Below, piece by piece: positions 61,800-64,000 of a stretch of DNA of 64,000 nucleotides (positions are counted from its first letter, which is position 1; the number at the start of each line of letters is the position of its first letter). The stretch comes from Bdellovibrionota bacterium (lineage in GTDB: Bacteria; Bdellovibrionota_C; UBA2361; JAAYZI01). The stretch spans positions 480,001 to 544,000 of the forward strand of contig JBMNIF010000002.1 in the NCBI GenBank assembly GCA_050950765.1, in the 5' to 3' direction. The notes under the pieces are model-generated. The model was not told the DNA's origin. It saw only the letters and a program-made list of their open reading frames with translations, and made no database searches. Position numbers and translations under genes: made by a program.

Positions 61800-61834
61800 G
61801 AGCGACATTTTTTGTCGGAGCGACATTTTTTGTC
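61800..61834 (+). promoter_or_regulatory. Putative enhancer (PilR-type) binding sites
   Basis: Exact 17 bp direct repeat GAGCGACATTTTTTGTC x2, each containing GACA-N5-TGTC, ~80-115 bp upstream of a sigma54 site. Confidence 0.65.
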
Positions 61835-61914
61835 ATATTTTCAAGAAAGCTCTTTTTAGGGCTAACCTACTAGAAATACTCATATAAGCAAAAAACACCT
61901 CAAGTATTTTCGTA

Positions 61915-61930
61915 TGGCATCCGAATTGCT
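61915..61930 (+). promoter_or_regulatory. Sigma54 (-24/-12) promoter of the pilin gene
   Basis: TGGCAT-CCGAA-TTGCT matches TGGCAC-N5-TTGC(A/T). Confidence 0.75.
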
Positions 61931-62176
61931 TTCTCGATAGGACGTTGTGAGGAGGCATGCTCAAGAGAGAAAAGCGAGAAGCTTTTCTAAGAGTTGCAGC
62001 ATCATAATTCTCGTTATCTCTTATTATAAAGAGGTTAATATTCTATCACGGATGAGAGTGGCTTTGTATCTGTAAATTTTTCTTAAGAAGAACGGTTGAG
62101 TCTTCTAGGGGTATGGAGTGTTTTTAAGATTTTTTTGCAGATGCGTTTTTTATTGGTTATTTTTTAGGGAGTTATT

Positions 62177-62566
62177 ATGAACGAAAAAGGTTTTACATTG
62201 ATTGAACTCTTAGTTGTTGTTGGAATTATCGGCATCTTAGCTGCTATGGCTATTCCACAATTCGCAGAGTACAGAAAGAACGCTTACAACGCTTCTGCTT
62301 CAAGCGACCTCAGAAATGCCGCCACAGCTGAAGAGGCTTATTATGCGTTAAATGAAGAATACCTATCTTGTGAAAATGATGCTTGTGTTCGTAGCGCTGA
62401 TGGCACCACTGGTCTTCCAGGTGTAAAAGCTATCTCCAGCTCAGTTCAATTAGCTATGGTAGCTGATGGTGATGAGTTTACAGGAACTGCACACTCTGAA
62501 AAAGGTAACAAGCAGTATTCATGGGATAGTGCTAACGGCGGTATGCAGGAGCCTACTGACCTCTAG
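62177..62566 (+). CDS. pilA: Type IVa pilin
   Basis: MNEKG|FTLIELLVVVGIIGILAAMAIPQF class III signal; own promoter and terminator. Confidence 0.88.
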   Translation: MNEKGFTLIELLVVVGIIGILAAMAIPQFAEYRKNAYNASASSDLRNAATAEEAYYALNEEYLSCENDACVRSADGTTGLPGVKAISSSVQLAMVADGDEFTGTAHSEKGNKQYSWDSANGGMQEPTDL

Positions 62567-62636
62567 TAGTATTTAAAAGAAAAGATTTCTTACGGTGAGT
62601 CTCCATAAATAAAAGATACATCGTAATAATATCCAC

Positions 62637-62666
62637 AGCCGAGACCCGAGAGTCTCGGCTTTTTTT
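62637..62666 (+). terminator. Intrinsic terminator of the pilin gene
   Basis: AGCCGAGAC-CCGAGA-GTCTCGGCT followed by a T-run. Confidence 0.9.
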
Positions 62667-62672
62667 ATCTAA

Positions 62673-64000
62673 CCCAAACTTTTCTGTGATTTACGTAACA
62701 ATAAAGTAACATATTGTTATAACCTATAGAAATTTTTTAAAAATTAACAAAAAAGGGGGTTGACTTTTTTGTTGTTTTGACATACGTATTTAGGTATGGG
62801 AAAGAAAGCAAAAATACACCCTGATTGGGCAACAAAATATCGAGAGAAAGGAAAAGAGGTACGTCTTATCAATGGGAGATATTACCTATATAGCTACAGC
62901 TATAAGTATGACCCTGAGAGGAAAAGGAGCGTGAAAGTTACTGGTAAATTACTTGGACGAATTACAGAAGAGGACGGTTTTATACCAAGTGAGAAGAGAA
63001 GCCTTGTACCTGCTGTGAATATTAAGTGCAGAGAGTATGGTTTATCTCAATTTATCCTCAATCAAAAAACAATTATTGAAAGACTTCGGTGTTATTTTCC
63101 AGATAAGTGGAAGGCTATTTTGCTGATGTCATACAGCAGGATCAAACATTGCTCTCCTATTAAACGCATGAATGATGATTTTGAAAACAGTATGTTGAGT
63201 GAAAAACTTAATTTTCTTCTTAATAAGAAAGCTATTCCGAATATTTTGCAATCGATTGGGAAAGATGAATTTGCTCGTTCTGAATATATGAAGAGTTTTA
63301 TTCATGGAAAAGATTTTTTGTTAATTGATTCTACATTTCTTAGAACATCTATGAGAAAGTCGAGTCTTGCTAAAGGAGGATATAATAAAGACCATTTTTG
63401 GGAAACGCAGGCGAGTTTGCTTTATATTTACTCTAAAAAATTGCAACAACCAGTCTATTATAGGTTATTGGCTGGGAATATAAGAGATGTAAAAGCTCTA
63501 TCTTTAACTATCCAAGAATCAGAAATTGGTGATGCTACTATTATTGCAGATAAGGGTTTCTATTCAGAGTCTAACGTTAAAGATCTTATAGAGAATAAAC
63601 TTAGCTTTGTTATTCCATTGCGTAGAAATAGCTCTCTTATAGACTATGATGGAATAGAAACAAGCAGGAACGTTATTGAATATAATAAAACGTACTTAAG
63701 ATATAAAAAATATAAGATTGGGAATGGATTTATATATCTGTTTAGAGACCCGTTTTTAGCAGGTGAAGAGGAAAATAACTTAGTTTCATTAACAATATCT
63801 CATCCAGAAAAATACAATTTAACAGATGTTGATTTAAAAAAAGTGAGGCTAGGAACTGTTGCATTCTTTTCAAATTTGGACTCATCCGCAGAAGAAATAT
63901 ACACGTTATACAAAATGCGACTATCTATTGAACAATCTTTTGATACGTTAAAAACTGTTTTAAAAGCAGATGCTTCATATATGAGTGATGATGATAAATT
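62673..64000 (+). mobile_element. Second copy of the IS1634-like element, cut by the window end
   Basis: Reads the same as the sequence from 19031 onward; transposase ATG at 62796. Confidence 0.92.
62796..64000 (+). CDS. DDE transposase, partial at window edge
   Basis: Same sequence as the 19154 ORF. Confidence 0.9.
   Translation, partial: MGKKAKIHPDWATKYREKGKEVRLINGRYYLYSYSYKYDPERKRSVKVTGKLLGRITEEDGFIPSEKRSLVPAVNIKCREYGLSQFILNQKTIIERLRCYFPDKWKAILLMSYSRIKHCSPIKRMNDDFENSMLSEKLNFLLNKKAIPNILQSIGKDEFARSEYMKSFIHGKDFLLIDSTFLRTSMRKSSLAKGGYNKDHFWETQASLLYIYSKKLQQPVYYRLLAGNIRDVKALSLTIQESEIGDATIIADKGFYSESNVKDLIENKLSFVIPLRRNSSLIDYDGIETSRNVIEYNKTYLRYKKYKIGNGFIYLFRDPFLAGEEENNLVSLTISHPEKYNLTDVDLKKVRLGTVAFFSNLDSSAEEIYTLYKMRLSIEQSFDTLKTVLKADASYMSDDDK

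Overview
AT-rich bacterial chromosomal window. The gene content (deltaproteobacterial-style pilMNO/pilQ, sigma54-driven pilin, FG-GAP flagellin) suggests a Bdellovibrionota/deltaproteobacterial-type lineage, by inference only. Core genes: tRNA-Asn, recR-ybaB-dnaX-ffs, accB-accC, priA, pcrA/uvrD, a double-length uvrA, recJ, pdxS and a Nif3-family gene. Accessory content: a DtxR-family regulator with feoA-feoA-feoB-feoC and a porin beside tRNA-Asn, a type IVa pilus operon lacking pilP, a pilin gene, and two apparently identical IS1634-like elements. The most unusual items are: (1) a tandem pair of ~1.3 kb units (54965-57552) whose non-coding flanks are nearly identical and structured while the enclosed proteins are only remotely similar; (2) a flagellin with an FG-GAP repeat insert and a charged C-terminal tail; (3) a dispersed ~50-75 bp intergenic repeat family (8 copies at 4 loci); (4) several tandem duplications anchored on gene stop codons. 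All calls come from reading motifs by eye; no database searches were run.
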